Part shown: positions 23,673 through 37,460 of the stretch, one piece after another
Numbering within the stretch: the stretch's first letter is position 1
Layout: each line of letters starts with the position of its first letter
Notes under the pieces: generated by a model
The model's database searches: none
What the model was told of the DNA's origin: nothing
What the model saw: only the letters and a program-made list of their open reading frames with translations
Program-made: the position numbers and the translations under genes
From: Eledone cirrhosa
Taxonomy: Eukaryota
NCBI GenBank assembly: GCA_964016885.1
Contig: OZ024740.1
Coordinates: 322,214,001 to 322,278,000 of the forward strand
DNA: 64,000 bases
Direction of reading: 5' to 3'

Positions 23673-25352
23673 CATCATCATCTTCATCATCCTTTTTCCA
23701 TGCTAGCAAGGGTTAAATGAGTTGACCTGTTGTGAGACAAACAAGATACCCTTCCTAATGGCAACCACATTTACAGTGTGCTTTTCATCATGGCACCTAC
23801 ACAACCACTTTACAGTATTGACTGAGCACTTTTGTTGTAACACCTACACAACCACTCTACAGGTTGGGCTGGGTGCTTTTTGTCAAGTCACCATCACAAC
23901 CAATTTACAGGGTGGACTGGCCATTTATTGTCATGTTGCTAACATGACCACTGTATCCATTTCAGTAGCATTGAGAGAGACCTTGTTCAACTTTCCATGC
24001 TTGTATGCAACCAATGGTCAAGAGAGGTGCATCAGATGTGGAAAGTGGGGTGAGGTGGGGTGGGTGTATGTAGGGTGGGGAATAGAGAGGTAGGTCTAGG
24101 GTGGAGTACTTAGCTGGTGCAGGGTGAAATGTGAAGACATGGGAGGAGGAGCGAAGTGGGGCATACTAGGAACCACTAGATATTTGCTTCATCCCGTGCA
24201 CATGGGAAGGCAGGACTTCTGCAGCACTGTATAATGCGAAATATATACATATATACATATATATATATATGTGTGCGCGTGTGTGTGTGTGCATATATAT
24301 ATATAAAGCATATTTATATATATATCATCATTTCATTTTACGGCTGCTTTTTCCCTGCTTGCAAGGGTGGGACGGGAACTGATTCTGGCTTGATTTCTAC
24401 AGCTGGATACCCTTCCTAACACCAACCTCATTTACAGTGAGTGCTGGGTGCTTTTTTGCAGTGGCACCTCCACAACCACTTTGCAGTGGAATGATATAGA
24501 CCCCAGTCCACACTGTAAATGTGGTTGGTGTTAGGAAGGGCATCCAGCTGTAGAAAACCCACCAGATAGTCCTAACAAGCGAGACACTGTCACCCGACTA
24601 ATATTACCTCAAGTGGGACAACTCCCGTCTAACCCATGCTAGCGTGGAAGATAGACGTTAAACGATGATGATTATGATGATGATATATATATATATATTT
24701 ATATATATGTATGTGTGTATGTATGTCTGTATGTATGTATGCATGTGTATTTGTATGTGTGCACGTATACATATGTATGTATGCATATATGTATGTATCA
24801 TCATTGTCATCATTGTTTTTACGACTTATTCTTCCTATGCTTCCATATGTTAGGTCTGCGTGAGATGTTGTCCTCCGACCCACTTAGGAGAGCAGTAACT
24901 CCAAATACAAACTGTCTCAGACTGTGATATACTGTCCAACACATGCCAGCATATGTGATAGTTATAGACATATGTACATACAAAATTGCAGCTATATGCA
25001 TTCATACATATATAGACATATATGCATATGCATACAGATGTAGGTATAGGTACACACACATATGTAGAGATATATACATACACGCTCAGATGTAGGTATA
25101 TGCACATATGCATACAAATGTAAACATATGCACAAACACATAGATACAGCTATATATTCATATACTTGAAGAAATATATACATACATGTGCAGATGTAGG
25201 CATATGTACATATGATCATAAAGATATATGCATGTATACACACATATGTGTATGCATATGAACAAATGCTTACATATGTAGATAATATATGCACATATAC
25301 ACACACACAGTTACAGATATATACGCTTATGTATGCATATGTATATATATTT

Positions 25353-25410
<58 letters not shown>

Positions 25411-25415
<5 letters not shown>

Positions 25416-25510
25416 GTGGGTAATATGAAAAGATTCAGGACCCCGACAGCTGAGCTCCAGCCGTTTCGACAGCTAGAGCTCAGCTGTCGGGGTCCTGAAT
25501 CTTTTCATAT
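25411..25510. repeat. Short fold-back of the 15674-16193 family tail, between long (TA)n tracts
   Basis: ATATGAAAAGATTCAGGACCCCGACAGCTGAGCTC and its reverse complement. Confidence 0.9.
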
Positions 25511-25563
25511 ATGTATATATATATATATACATATATGTTTCTGTATATATATGTATATATATA

Positions 25564-25749
<186 letters not shown>

Positions 25750-26411
25750 TATATATACATATATATACAGAAACATACAGATACATATATATACATATAT
25801 ATACAGAAACATACAGATACATATAAAGATATAGGTCCATACACATTCCAATGTACACATATGCACAACCACACAGAAGATGCAGATTATATGCACAGAT
25901 GCATGCATATGTAGACATATATGCATGCACACACAGATGTAGGCATATGCACATACACATGCATATGCATATGTATGCACAAACACACAGTTGTAGATAT
26001 ATGCATGCACACACACATTCCCACATATATATATATACACTCATAGGTCCACATATATACACATATACACAGATGCAAACATGCACATAGATAGAAATGT
26101 ATACATATGCACATGAGCAAGACAAGGTCACCCGACCTGGCACTGCTCACAACAGGACAACCCGTCCAACCCATGCTAGCGTGGAAGAATGGACGTAAAA
26201 CGGTGATTATGATGATGATGATTCATTTCATGCATATACTTACACAGATGTATACATATGTGCACATATATATATATATATATATACATATGTATACATA
26301 TGCACATTCATGCATATATGTATACATATGTGCACATATATATACATACAGATGTAGATATATACACGTATACAAGCAGATGTACATATGGATACTCATA
26401 TACACTCACAG

Positions 26412-26482
<71 letters not shown>

Positions 26483-26509
26483 GGCAGATAGTACACATAT
26501 ATATACACT

Positions 26510-26955
26510 TAGTAATGTGCAATGTTGCATGGTAGTGCAGCATGGGCAGTGAATGCGGAAGATATGCGAAGGCGGGAGAGAAATGAACCCAGCATGCTCC
26601 AATAGATGCCATTGTAAACATGTGTGAATGATGAAGTATGATTGAGATAAGAGAAAAGGTGGATATAAGGGGAATCAGACGTTATGGGCAGGAAAGATGA
26701 CTGCACTGGTATGGACATATGGTGTGTATGGGTGATGATCATTGAGTGAAGATGTGCCAAGAAATCCCAATGAAAGGAAGCTGCAGTAGAGGACAAGCAA
26801 GGAAAACCTGGACAGATGTGGTGAGAGTTGATCCTATATTGCTGAAGCTTACAGAGAAGATGACAAAACATTGCAACACGTGGAAGGATGTGGTGTTGGA
26901 AAGAGCCCCATCCAACCCATGCAAGCATGGAAAAGCAGATGTAAAACAATGATAA
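26510..26955 (+). mobile_element. Degenerate RTE LINE 3' fragment
   Basis: MLHGS..WYGHMV..RKTW remnants with the RTE tail. Confidence 0.8.
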
Positions 26956-27029
26956 TGTTCATATATATACACATATGCAGATACATGCTCACATATATAC
27001 GCACAAATGTAAGCACATGTATACATACA

Positions 27030-27079
<50 letters not shown>

Positions 27080-27222
27080 TACATATACACACATGCATTT
27101 ATGCAACAAAACTAAAGCGAAAATGAATCGCAAAAGATTTCCATAAATAATATACCACATAAATAATGCTTATGGGATGTTTTCAGAAATATAGATATAT
27201 TTACATACACCTTCATACATAC

Positions 27223-27258
<36 letters not shown>

Positions 27259-27926
27259 GAACAAGTATGACCCCGACGGCAGAGCTCAAGCCGTTTTGAC
27301 GGCTAATTTTGGACTTTGGTGCGTTATGGTCCATCTGGTTCCTTACCACATTTCCTTCATTATATAAATATATAAGTATGTATACGTACATACATATATG
27401 TATACAGACGTACAGTAGTATGTATATATATATACATACATGCACACATATATATATGTACGTATGGATTCACCGAACATTTATTATAATGACAAAGGAA
27501 CGCTGTACTAGTTTCAAGCTTATTAACTAGTGCAGCGTTCCTTTGTCAGGGCTGAACAAATGAGCAACGATGGTTGCTAGACACTGTATGGCTTAATTCG
27601 GGATGTTTGTTTACAAACACACCGAGCATTATAATAAATGTTCGGTGAATCCATACGTACATATATATATGTGTGCATGTATATATATATATATATACAT
27701 ACTACTGTACGTCTGTATACATATATGTATGTACGTGTACATACTTATATTTAAGTAACAGCCGTACTAAGAGTGAGAAATGAAATTTCGTTTCATTTTT
27801 TCCATTTATCGTTTTCGGTACCCCGGCCAATTAACTCACACGATAAGCAAATTAGGCTGCTCAGCCGTTAATATGCATAAGGAAAGTATATACTTTCAGA
27901 CGTTCAATCATCTGGCAGGAAGGTAT

Positions 27927-27969
27927 ACATTGCTGACGATAGCTAATAAGCTTGAAACTAGTACAGCGT
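27927..27969 (+). ncRNA. Minimal type I hammerhead ribozyme
   Basis: ACATTG-CTGACGA-T-AGCT-AATA-AGCT-T-GAAAC-TA-GTA-CAGCGT; palindromic ACTAGT; GUA triplet at 27961-27963. Confidence 0.78.
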
Positions 27970-28104
27970 TCCTTTGTCAGGGTTGAACAAATGAGCAACG
28001 ATGGTTGCTAGACACTGTACGGCTTAATTCGGGATGTTTGTTTACAAACACACCGAGCATTATAATAAATGTTCGGTAAATCCATACGTACATATATATA
28101 TATA

Positions 28105-28530
28105 TAATAATAATAATGAAATTATTGTGTACAGTGCTCAGGTGCACTACAACTCATCAAAGGTGCATGTATAGTACATAGAATAATGTACAAATGTCAG
28201 GAAAATAAACAGTGTATGAGTCATGATATAATAACAATAACAATAATGAAATATTGTGCACAGTGCCCAGGTGCACCACAACCCATCAAAAAAGTGCATG
28301 TACAGTACATAGGGCAATGCACAAACATCAGTAAAATGAACAGTGCACGAGTCATGATACACACATGTGTGCATGTGTATGGAAGGGGCACATCAGGTGT
28401 AGTTTTGGCGTATTTCGGGAAGCATGAGTGTCTTAAAGGATGCAGTGTCTCGGCAGCTAACAATTGACGCAGGCAGTTTGTTCCATGCCTCAGCAACTCT
28501 GAGCGTGAAAAAATGTCTGCGAAAGTCAAG
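28105..28530 (-). mobile_element. CR1-group LINE 3' fragment with duplicated 3' end
   Basis: RRHFFTLRVAEAWNKLP; two successive (ATT)n-tailed ends; matches 33274-33750. Confidence 0.9.
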
Positions 28531-28852
28531 GTATGTGTGCATGTATGTATATATATACATACTACTGTACGTCTGTATACATATATGTATGTACGTATAC
28601 ATACTTATATTTAAGTAACAGCCGTACTAAGAGTGAGAAATGAAATTTTGTTTGATTTTTTCCGTTTATATATATATATTTATATATATATATATATATC
28701 TACATATATATATACATATATTATATATATATATATATAATATATATATATATATATAATATGTATATATATATATAGGAGGCACATGGCTTAGTGGTTA
28801 GAGTATTAGCCTATATATATATATATATATATATATAGGCTAATACTCTAAC

Positions 28853-28889
<37 letters not shown>

Positions 28890-28892
<3 letters not shown>

Positions 28893-31775
28893 TCATCATC
28901 ATCATCATCAACGTTTAACGTCCGTGTTCCATGCTTGCATGGGTTTGGACGGGGGTATTCCCACTTGAGGCAAGAGTGATTGTCTTGCTCGCATAGGACT
29001 GTCTGGCAGGTTTTCTACAGTTGGATGCCCTTCCTAACACCAACCACATTTACAGTGTGGGTCTGGGAGGTTTTTACTGTGTTGCCTACACGGCCACATT
29101 ACAGCGTGGACTGTGTGTTTTTTTGTCGTGACACCTACACGATCTCATTTGTTTCGGCCTGGATGTTGTGGCACCAACATAACTTTACATAGGAGGGGGT
29201 TGTGTGGATGAGGTGTGGGTGGTGGGACGGGGGTGTATTTTGTTAGAGATGCCTACTGGCTGTAGTAGGTTTTACTATGTATTTAGGTAAGGCGGGTCTT
29301 CTCTATTACTGAGTACCGCCAAAGGTCTCGGTCCAGTGACATTGTCTTGGAGAGGTGTAAGTGTGTGAGGTCGGAGTTTATCAGCTCGTCCCAGGATTTT
29401 CTAGGTCTGCCTATTCCATGGCTACCGTCTATCTTTATTGCCCTGCACTTTGTTATACAGCTATCGACTTTCATGCGCATCACGTGTCCGTACCAACGTA
29501 GCCTTCTCTCGAGTAAACAACATCTGATCCCTCTTATTTCTAATTTTTTCCTTAGTTCGTTTATGCTTTGCCGTTGACGTATATTACTATTACACATCCA
29601 GCGGAGCATGCAAGCTTCGTTCCTCTCTAGTCTGCATATATCCTCTGCGCACAATGCCCAGGTCTCACTGCCATGCAACATTGCTGTTCGTATGCAAGCA
29701 TCATACAACCTGCCTTTCATTTTTAGGGAGAACCCTTTAGCGGCTAATAGTGGTATAAGCTCTCTGAACTTTTTCCATCCAGTTCTGACTCTAGCTACTG
29801 TACTTTCGGAGCACCCTCCCCCACTGCTGATTTTGTCACCCAGGTAACGGAAGCTGTCCACTATTTCTATAGAGCCCTCTGCGCAATTGAAAGAGTTAGT
29901 ATTTTGTGGGCACTCGCTGCTACTTATTGCACCAGAGCACTGCCCACATGTAAAATCTAAGTTCTTAGTTAGCTTACCTGTGATCCCACTACATCTTTTA
30001 TGCACCCATACTTTGCATTTGGGACATAAAATGGAGTTTCTACCTACGCCTTTCCTACACACTGAGCATGGCCATTTCCCGGAAGGGACCGCCGCCTTAT
30101 TTTCTTTCCTACAAACTAGAACTTTAGTCTTAGCCAGGTTAATTTTAAGGCCTTTTGATTCTAGGCCATGCTTCCATGTTTGGAATTTCTTCTCTAGCTC
30201 GGCCATTGATTCAGCTATGAGTGTCAGGTCGTCTGCGTATAGAAGTTCCCATGGGCAGCCGGTCTTGAACTCCTCTGTTATAGCCTGAAGGGCAATAATA
30301 AATAGTAGGGGGCTGAGAACAGAGCCCTGATGGACGCCAACTTTTACGCTAAACTCTTCACTATATTCGTTGTTAATTCTAACCTTGCTGACTGTTTCTT
30401 TATACATGGCTTGTATAGCTCTCACAAGCCATTCGTCGACACCTAGTTTTCTAAGGGCACACCAGATAATGGAACGGGGGACTCTGTCGAAGGCTTTCTC
30501 CAAGTCGACAAAAGCTAAGTAGAGGGGTTTACCTTTAGCTAGGTACTTCTCCTGTAGTTGACGTACAATGAAAAGAGCGTCTGTGGTACTTTTGCCTGAC
30601 ACAAACCCGAACTGCATTTCATCTAGGTCAATTCTCTCTCTGATTAGTTGTGCTATTACTTTTTCCGTGACCTTCATGACCTGGTCGATTAGTTTAATGC
30701 CTCTATAGTTACTCCTATCTAGGGCATCTCCTTTACCCTTATAACAGATAACGATGATGCTGCTATGCCAGTCCTTCGGAACAACCCCATTCTGTACGAC
30801 TTGGTTAACTATCCGGGTGACCAAGGTGTGTCCCACCGAGCCAGATGCCTTCAGCATCTCAGTAACTATTTCCGAAGGCCCAGCCGCCTTACCCGTCTTC
30901 ATATCTTGATTGCCTTACTTATTATACTACCCTCGACTAACACTGCTGATCCCTCTATTGGGTCGATGTGGGGGAGACTGTCTTTCTCCCATTTATTCTC
31001 CTCATTTAGTAGCCTTTCATAGTGGCACTTCCAAGCTACCTTCTTATCAGCGTCGGTGATGGCAAGTACGCCGTCATCATTAAGTACACACTTCTCCCCG
31101 ACAATATCACGGTTTTCCTTGACACATTGCCTAGCAATCCTGAACACCTCACGTTTTTGGTCCTCGCGTTGTAGAACATGCTTGAACTTTCTTTCCTCTG
31201 CTTCCCTTCTTGCGAAGTACACTTGTCTCCTAGCCTCCCTCCTGGCCACTTGATAGTCTTCTCTACTTCCCCCATCCCGCCATACTTTCCAAGCCTGCTT
31301 TTTGGCCTTAATTGACCCCTCCACCCTACTGTTCCACCACCATGTTACTCTCCTCCTGCCTACAGGCCTGTTCCAGCCACAGACTTCGTCTGTCGCCATC
31401 AGCAGGTTTGCTTTCAGAAATTCCCACTGTCCCTCTATATTGTCCGACTCTAAATGCTCTTCCTTACTGTCGAAAGCATCAAGTAATATGCTTTGAAATT
31501 TATTTCTGGCTGTGGGGTCCTTTAGCTTCCATATTTTTCTCCTGAGGATAGTCCTCTTCTGCTGTCGAGTATGTCTCGTCCTGACTATGAGGTCGCTAAT
31601 TATCAGTCTATGTTGGGAGGTGCATTCTTCATGGGGGAGGGATTTAGTGTTTACAACAGACACTCTGTCACGTCTTCTGGTAAGGATATAATCTACCTGG
31701 CTTGTGTGTTCCCCGGATCTATAGGTGATCAGGTGATTGTCATGTTTTTTGAAGTTAGTGTTACAGATAGTTAGG
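28890..31775 (-). mobile_element. RTE-clade LINE, 5'-truncated within the AP endonuclease
   Basis: End of APE (QVDYIL..SQHRLII), TWWWN linker, full RT, 3' UTR with (TGA)n tail; one frameshift near 30900. Confidence 0.97.
29283..30902 (-). CDS. RTE reverse transcriptase (539 aa) with internal PHD-type finger
   Basis: NYRGIKL, QFGF, FVDLEKAFD, GVHQGSVLSP, YADD, FRYLG motifs; C4HC3 insert. Confidence 0.9.
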   Translation of the reverse strand: MKTGKAAGPSEIVTEMLKASGSVGHTLVTRIVNQVVQNGVVPKDWHSSIIVICYKGKGDALDRSNYRGIKLIDQVMKVTEKVIAQLIRERIDLDEMQFGFVSGKSTTDALFIVRQLQEKYLAKGKPLYLAFVDLEKAFDRVPRSIIWCALRKLGVDEWLVRAIQAMYKETVSKVRINNEYSEEFSVKVGVHQGSVLSPLLFIIALQAITEEFKTGCPWELLYADDLTLIAESMAELEKKFQTWKHGLESKGLKINLAKTKVLVCRKENKAAVPSGKWPCSVCRKGVGRNSILCPKCKVWVHKRCSGITGKLTKNLDFTCGQCSGAISSSECPQNTNSFNCAEGSIEIVDSFRYLGDKISSGGGCSESTVARVRTGWKKFRELIPLLAAKGFSLKMKGRLYDACIRTAMLHGSETWALCAEDICRLERNEACMLRWMCNSNIRQRQSINELRKKLEIRGIRCCLLERRLRWYGHVMRMKVDSCITKCRAIKIDGSHGIGRPRKSWDELINSDLTHLHLSKTMSLDRDLWRYSVIEKTRLT

Positions 31776-31824
31776 TTATTTGCGAGAACTGATTCTGGCT
31801 TGATTTCTACAGCTGGATGCCCTT

Positions 31825-31860
<36 letters not shown>

Positions 31861-31962
31861 CTTCCTATATATATATATATATATATATATGCCCTTCCTA
31901 TATATATATATATATATATATACGAAGGTGTATATATATATATAGGAGATATATATATATTA

Positions 31963-32212
31963 GAGGCACATGGCTTAGTGGTTAGAGCATTGGCCTTGCA
32001 ATCGAAAGGTTGTGAGTTCAATTCTCAGACCGGGTGATGTGTTGTTTTCTTGAGCAAGACACTTTATTTCACATTGCTCCAGTTTACTCAGCTGTAGAAA
32101 TGAGGTTGGTGTTAGGAAGGGCATCCAGCTGTAGAAATCAAGCCAGAATCAGTTCTCGTCCCACCCTTGCAAGCAGGGAAAAGCGGACGTAAAATGAAAT
32201 GAAGATGATGAT
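31963..32212 (+). mobile_element. CORE-like SINE family B
   Basis: Same head, core and RTE tail as 16494-16830. Confidence 0.88.
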
Positions 32213-33081
32213 GATATATATATATAAGACCAACTCACATCAAACAATTAAATGTTTGGTGCAATAGAATACAGAAATATATGTAAATAGCTCTTGACTT
32301 AAATAATTTCTATATTGTGGTTCTGTTTAGGGTTTATATTTATTGTCGGTAACAATTGCACAGGGGGAGGGGGAGAAGAAGAAAGAAAGAAAGAAAGAAG
32401 GAAATAAAGAATGCAAAAAAGAGGGTGAAAATGATGGAATAGAAGAGGGGGAGAGAGGGAGAGATAGAGGGGTCTAATTTGTTATCGACATTTCTTGATG
32501 TGATTCTCTGTGTGTCTTGAGGGAAAAATATATCTGAAATTGTTATAAATATGTTTCCGTTACACTGTATATCTCTTGTGGGGAAATATACGATACGTTA
32601 TGAATGTCTTTCTCTGTGACACTAAAAATATAAATGTGGTGACAGACCAGAGACTACAGTGTTTGGCAATCAAAATCAAATAAAGACTAAATAAGATTGG
32701 AGAATCATCTCCAGTCTGGCCTAGCATGCAACAACTGTTTTGCTGGTGCCACAATAAAATGCACCCAGTACACCCTATAAAATGTTAGTGATGGCACCCA
32801 ATCCACTCTGGTATCCTGAAAAATGCACCTAGCAAACCCTATAATTATAAATAGGTTGATATTAAGAAGGGCATCCAGCCATAAAACCATACCAAATATG
32901 GTATGTCAACAAGAAAGATTGGTCATCCCATTCTATCTGGTTTCAGTCCATCTCAACATATCCAACCTATGCCAATTGGAAAGAGGACATAAAATGTTGA
33001 TGATGATGATGACGTATGTCTCTTGAGGGAAATATATTGAGTTGTAGTGCACCTGAGCACTGTACACAATAATTTTCATTG

Positions 33082-33270
33082 TGGATTGGCAGTATCGGTA
33101 GAGGGTCGGACGCCATGCTTTGATGCATAGAGTTACGGCCCTTGCTATTCTGAGTTCAAATCCCGCCGAGGTTAACTTTGCCTTTCATCCTTACGGGGTC
33201 GATAAAATAAAGTACCAGTAATGTACTGGGTAATTTCTGGCCTTGTGCCAATAGTAGAAACAATTATTAT
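33082..33270 (+). mobile_element. SINE family A, full length
   Basis: GGATTGGCAGTATCGGTAGAG head through GTAGAAACAATTATTAT tail. Confidence 0.9.
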
Positions 33271-33273
33271 ATA

Positions 33274-36200
33274 TAATAATAATGAAATTATTGTGTACAG
33301 TGCTCAGGTACACTACAACTCATCAAAGGTGCATGTATAGTACATAATTGTTTCTACATTTGGCACAAGGCCATCAAATTACTCAGTACATTACTGGTAC
33401 TTTATTTTATCGACCCCGTAAGGATGAAAGGCAAAGTTAACATCGGCGAGATTTGAACTCAGAATGTAAAGGGACTATGCTGGAAAGCATGGCGTCCGAC
33501 CCTCTACCAATACTGCCAATCCACCGCATGTATAGTACATAATATATAAATGTCAGGGACGTGAATAGTGTATGAGTCATGATATACATGTGTGCATGTG
33601 TATGAAGGGGGAATATTAGGTGTAGTGTTGGCGAATCTCAGGAAGAATGGAGATTTTAAAGGATGCAATGTCTCAACAGCTAACAACTGATGCAGGGAGT
33701 TTGTTCCATGCTTCAGCAACTCTGAGCGTGAAAAAATGTTTCCGAAAGTCATAGGAGCTGTGCTGTTTTCTGACTTTGTAGGTATGTGTGTTAGACACAT
33801 GGAAATCAAAAAGGTACTCAGGTTTGTTGTTGGCTAGATGGTTAATAATTTTGTGGGTGTTTACCAAGTCAGTTGCCAGATGTCAGAGCTTCAATGTATC
33901 CATGCCCAGGGAAGCAAGGCGTTCAGAGTATGGCAGATGCCTGATGGAGAGTATTCGCTTGGTTGCACATCTCTGAACAGTTTCCTGGCGGTCAATGTTC
34001 TGAGCAAGATAGGGTTCCAGACTGGTGATGCAAATTCTAAGTGTGGCTGCTCCATAGCTATATACAGCTTTAAATAGATAGCTGGAGAGTGGCTGACAGA
34101 GGTCTTGCTGAGTGATACTAAGACACCCTCGGCCTTCTTGACAATTTTAGAGACGTGCTTTGTCCAACGCAAATCGCTGCTGACAGTAATGCCCAGGTCA
34201 CATTCACAAGAAGACTTCTTGATATTAGTGCTGTGGAGGGAGTATGTGGATGCTGGGTTTTTACTCCCAAAATGCATGGTGGTACACTTGTCCACAGCCA
34301 GCTTGAGTTGCCAGTCCGTGATCCATTGTTGCATTATGTCCAGGTCAGATTGCTGGCAAGATCCATAGTTTTCAGGATCTGTCCTTTTTATCTCAAGGTA
34401 CAGCTTGATGTCATCTGCATATTTCAGTACTGTCACATTCTTTAAGTTGGCATCTATGTCATTAATATATGCCACAAACAAAAGGGGGCCAAGAACAGAT
34501 CCCTGTGGTACACCAGATGACATCTCATAGGGCGAAGAATGCTGTCCTAGAACCATGACTACCTCTCTTTGACTGAGAATGAAGAACTTCAACCAATTAA
34601 AAAGATCATCCTTCACACCCATTGCAGAGAGTTTTGCCATAAGTCTTTTGTGTGGCACAGAATTGAAAGCTTTAGCAAAGTCAAGGTAAACAACATCCAC
34701 CAATGAGCCACCATCAGTGATCCGGGTGATGTCTTCAAGAAACTCGATAAGTTGATCACAGCAGCTGGAGTTAGGGATAAATCCAAATTGCGAGGGCCGG
34801 ATAAGACTGAGAGTTCCAGAAGTTCCAAAGTGTTTCTCTAACACAGGATTCCATCAGTTTGGCAATGCAGCTAGTAAGACTGACTGGACGATAGTTCACA
34901 GGTGATGTGCAGTCACCCTTTTTGAACAGAGGAATGACACTGGCAGTTTTCCACTGTTCTGGAGTAGTACTGTTGCTCAGACAGAATTGGAAGAAGTGTG
35001 ATAGCTGGTGCAGAAGGAAGTACCCACCTCGCTTGAGAAGCAGGTATGTAACACCATCAAGACCAGGAGAGGCATGGCTGCTTTTATTTTTAAGGTGACG
35101 TCGCAGCATTGCAGGTGTAAATTCCATAGTTGTAATAGAATCCGATGTCAGAGGTGGTGGAGATGGTACACTTTGGTCTTCAACAGTGAAAATGCCTGCA
35201 TAGCATTCAGCAATGAGTTCTGTGCATTCCGTGGGGTCATCAGTAACCTGGCTTGTGTGGAGATTGCGAAGAGGACCAACTGGAGAGTGAGGCCTCTGCT
35301 TTGAGTGAACATACTTCCAGAACACCTTACTGTCAGGGTTGGTTGCTATGTGCTGCTCAAATTCAAGCACTGCTTTTTTGTCATCTACATGAGATGGTTG
35401 GATGATTTATTTCGCTTTGTCTTATTGATATCTGATTTATGCAGTTTGTACTCACGTTCAACATTACAACGTTCTTTCCTAGCAAGACGGACTGCTGCAG
35501 TCTCCCAAATTGCACTTTTGGGATGTTTTTTCTGCTTAAGTGGCACCGATGCTGCACATGCTGTCCATATTGAATTCAGGATGTTCTGGAGTACTGTGTT
35601 GACATCTCCACAGTCATAAAACTCAAGCCAGTTTGGACGTTGCAGCTTGGTGCAGTAACAGTTCCAGTCCGCTTTATTCCAGTCAAAGTGAGCAGTTTGG
35701 AAATGGTTGTGGCTTTTGTTACTGCCCGCAAGAGCCAGATTGGCAATGATCATAGCATGATCAGAGTCACCTAAAGGTTCCTCAGCAGTAACACTAATAA
35801 CTGTTTCAGGAGTAGTGGTGAAGAGTAGATCCAAAGTGTTGTCACCTCTTGTTGGCGAGGTGACTACTTGGGACCAGTTCGAGTCCAGCACTAGCTCAAG
35901 GAAATCATTTGCACTTTGCGGCCAAGGAAAGGTTTCCCAGTCAATCTCAGGGTGATTGAAGTCTCCTGCAATAAAAACATAAGTGGCTGTTTTCCTGGCA
36001 GCAGTTCTGAGGATATCACAAAGTTGAGTATTCTGATGGTTATTTGGGGGACGGTAAACGACTCCAAATAGCAGTGTTGACATGGTCATACATATATCGC
36101 AGAAAAATACTTCTTGCTGCGATTGGTTCAAATCACCACCACCACGATTAATGCAGTCTTTACGAAACAAGTTGTAGCCAGTTATGCTGAAAACCCCATC

Positions 36201-37460
36201 ACAGAGTAAGGAATGTGCCCATGTTTCCGTGATTGTAATGAAGTCAGAGTCGATACTTTTGATGTAGGAGTCAAAAGAATGTATCTTATTGCATAGACTA
36301 CGTGCATTTAAGGACAACAATTTGTACCTTGATTCCAGTCTATGATTATATGCAGAGGATGGCAGGTTGTTCTGATTTAGTTTCCCATAGTTTTTTCATT
36401 TTTTTTTATTGTCAGTTGTTGTCTCTTTTCCATGTTTCACCAGCCTTAATAAACTTCCATATCTGTCCATCATCATGTAGGCTGAAGTTTTCATGTTCTG
36501 CCGAGCTGCGGTTTAAGGAAGCTGCAGCATGCAGCTTTGGGTGGACAAGGTGGAAGACCAGGGCATGTTCGGAAGGCAATCCGACTTTCACACCTAACTT
36601 TATCAGAAGCTAAAAGATATGAATGTGCCTCAGTTGAGTTCGAAAAAGACAATCTAATTAGCCTGGGTTTCGGACCTGGTCGGCCAAGGCGTAGAGCACC
36701 CTTCGGGGGAGCACAGCCCAAGTCTTTGGATGAACTGGCAACAAATGTCTGAAGATCAACTATGTCTTCTGGTACACCAATGGCTATCACTTCGTGGTTT
36801 ACAGATTCAGTGGCATTCTCAATGCATCTGGGTTCGGCAAGAGGTACGCAGAGATTTTTTAACAAGGCACTCCGGTAAGATCCCTCATTGTGAGGTTCTA
36901 CACGAACGCTTGATTTGATTCCTGCTATTTGTCGGCTTAAAGCGAAAATCATTTGCCGTATTTCCGCAAACTCCGTATTGATGGTCGATTTTTGTTGTTG
37001 TTCTTCTTCTTCTTCAGCAGGCATGGTAGGGGAAGACACAGTCGTTGTTTGTTGTTGTTGAAAAGTAACGGGGGAGGAAGACATGGGTTGCTGTTGTTGA
37101 TGAAGTCCTTCAACAGGAGTAGTAGCGGAAGCTACAGTTGTTGGTTTTTGCTCTTGTTCAGGAACAATGGTAGAGGAAGACATGATCGTGGTTTTTGTTG
37201 TTGTTGTTCAACAGCAATAGTAGAAGCAGACACACAATCCAGGCACTGAAAGGACCAATTTGGTAGCTAGACCATTTTCCAGAGCCCATCCAAGATAGAA
37301 GTATGGTGTCTCTTTTTCTGACCTGGGATCTTTCGAAAGTTTGTAGCACATTGAAGGCAAACAGAAACACATTTGCCACAGTCGACCTATCAATTACGGA
37401 AGGAGTTCTCTGGTTCTGTACATAGATGACAGACGTGATTTTGGGGGCAATGTTCTATTT
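33274..37460 (-). mobile_element. Near full-length CR1/L2-group LINE (ORF1 36491-37183; frameshifted ORF2 APE-RT ~33610-36330)
   Basis: LNARSL, ITETW, VYRPP, GDFN, SDH (APE); NYRPVSLTS, YLDFAKAF, GVPQGSVLGP, YADD (RT); FFTLRVAEAWNKLP C-terminus; (ATT)n tail. Confidence 0.95.
33349..33525 (-). mobile_element. SINE family A inserted into the CR1 3' UTR
   Basis: Flanked by the direct repeat GCATGTATAGTACATAAT at 33331-33348 and 33526-33543. Confidence 0.9.

Larger units (their letters stand above)
27360..28668 (+). mobile_element. Tandem HHR repeat (retrozyme-like or PLE terminal-repeat array), 431-nt unit, with inverted left partial copy and a CR1 interruption
   Basis: AACTAGTRCAGCGTTCCTTTGTCAGGG at 27525 and 27956; inverted pieces 27360-27524; the unit resumes at 28531-28668. 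Confidence 0.8.
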
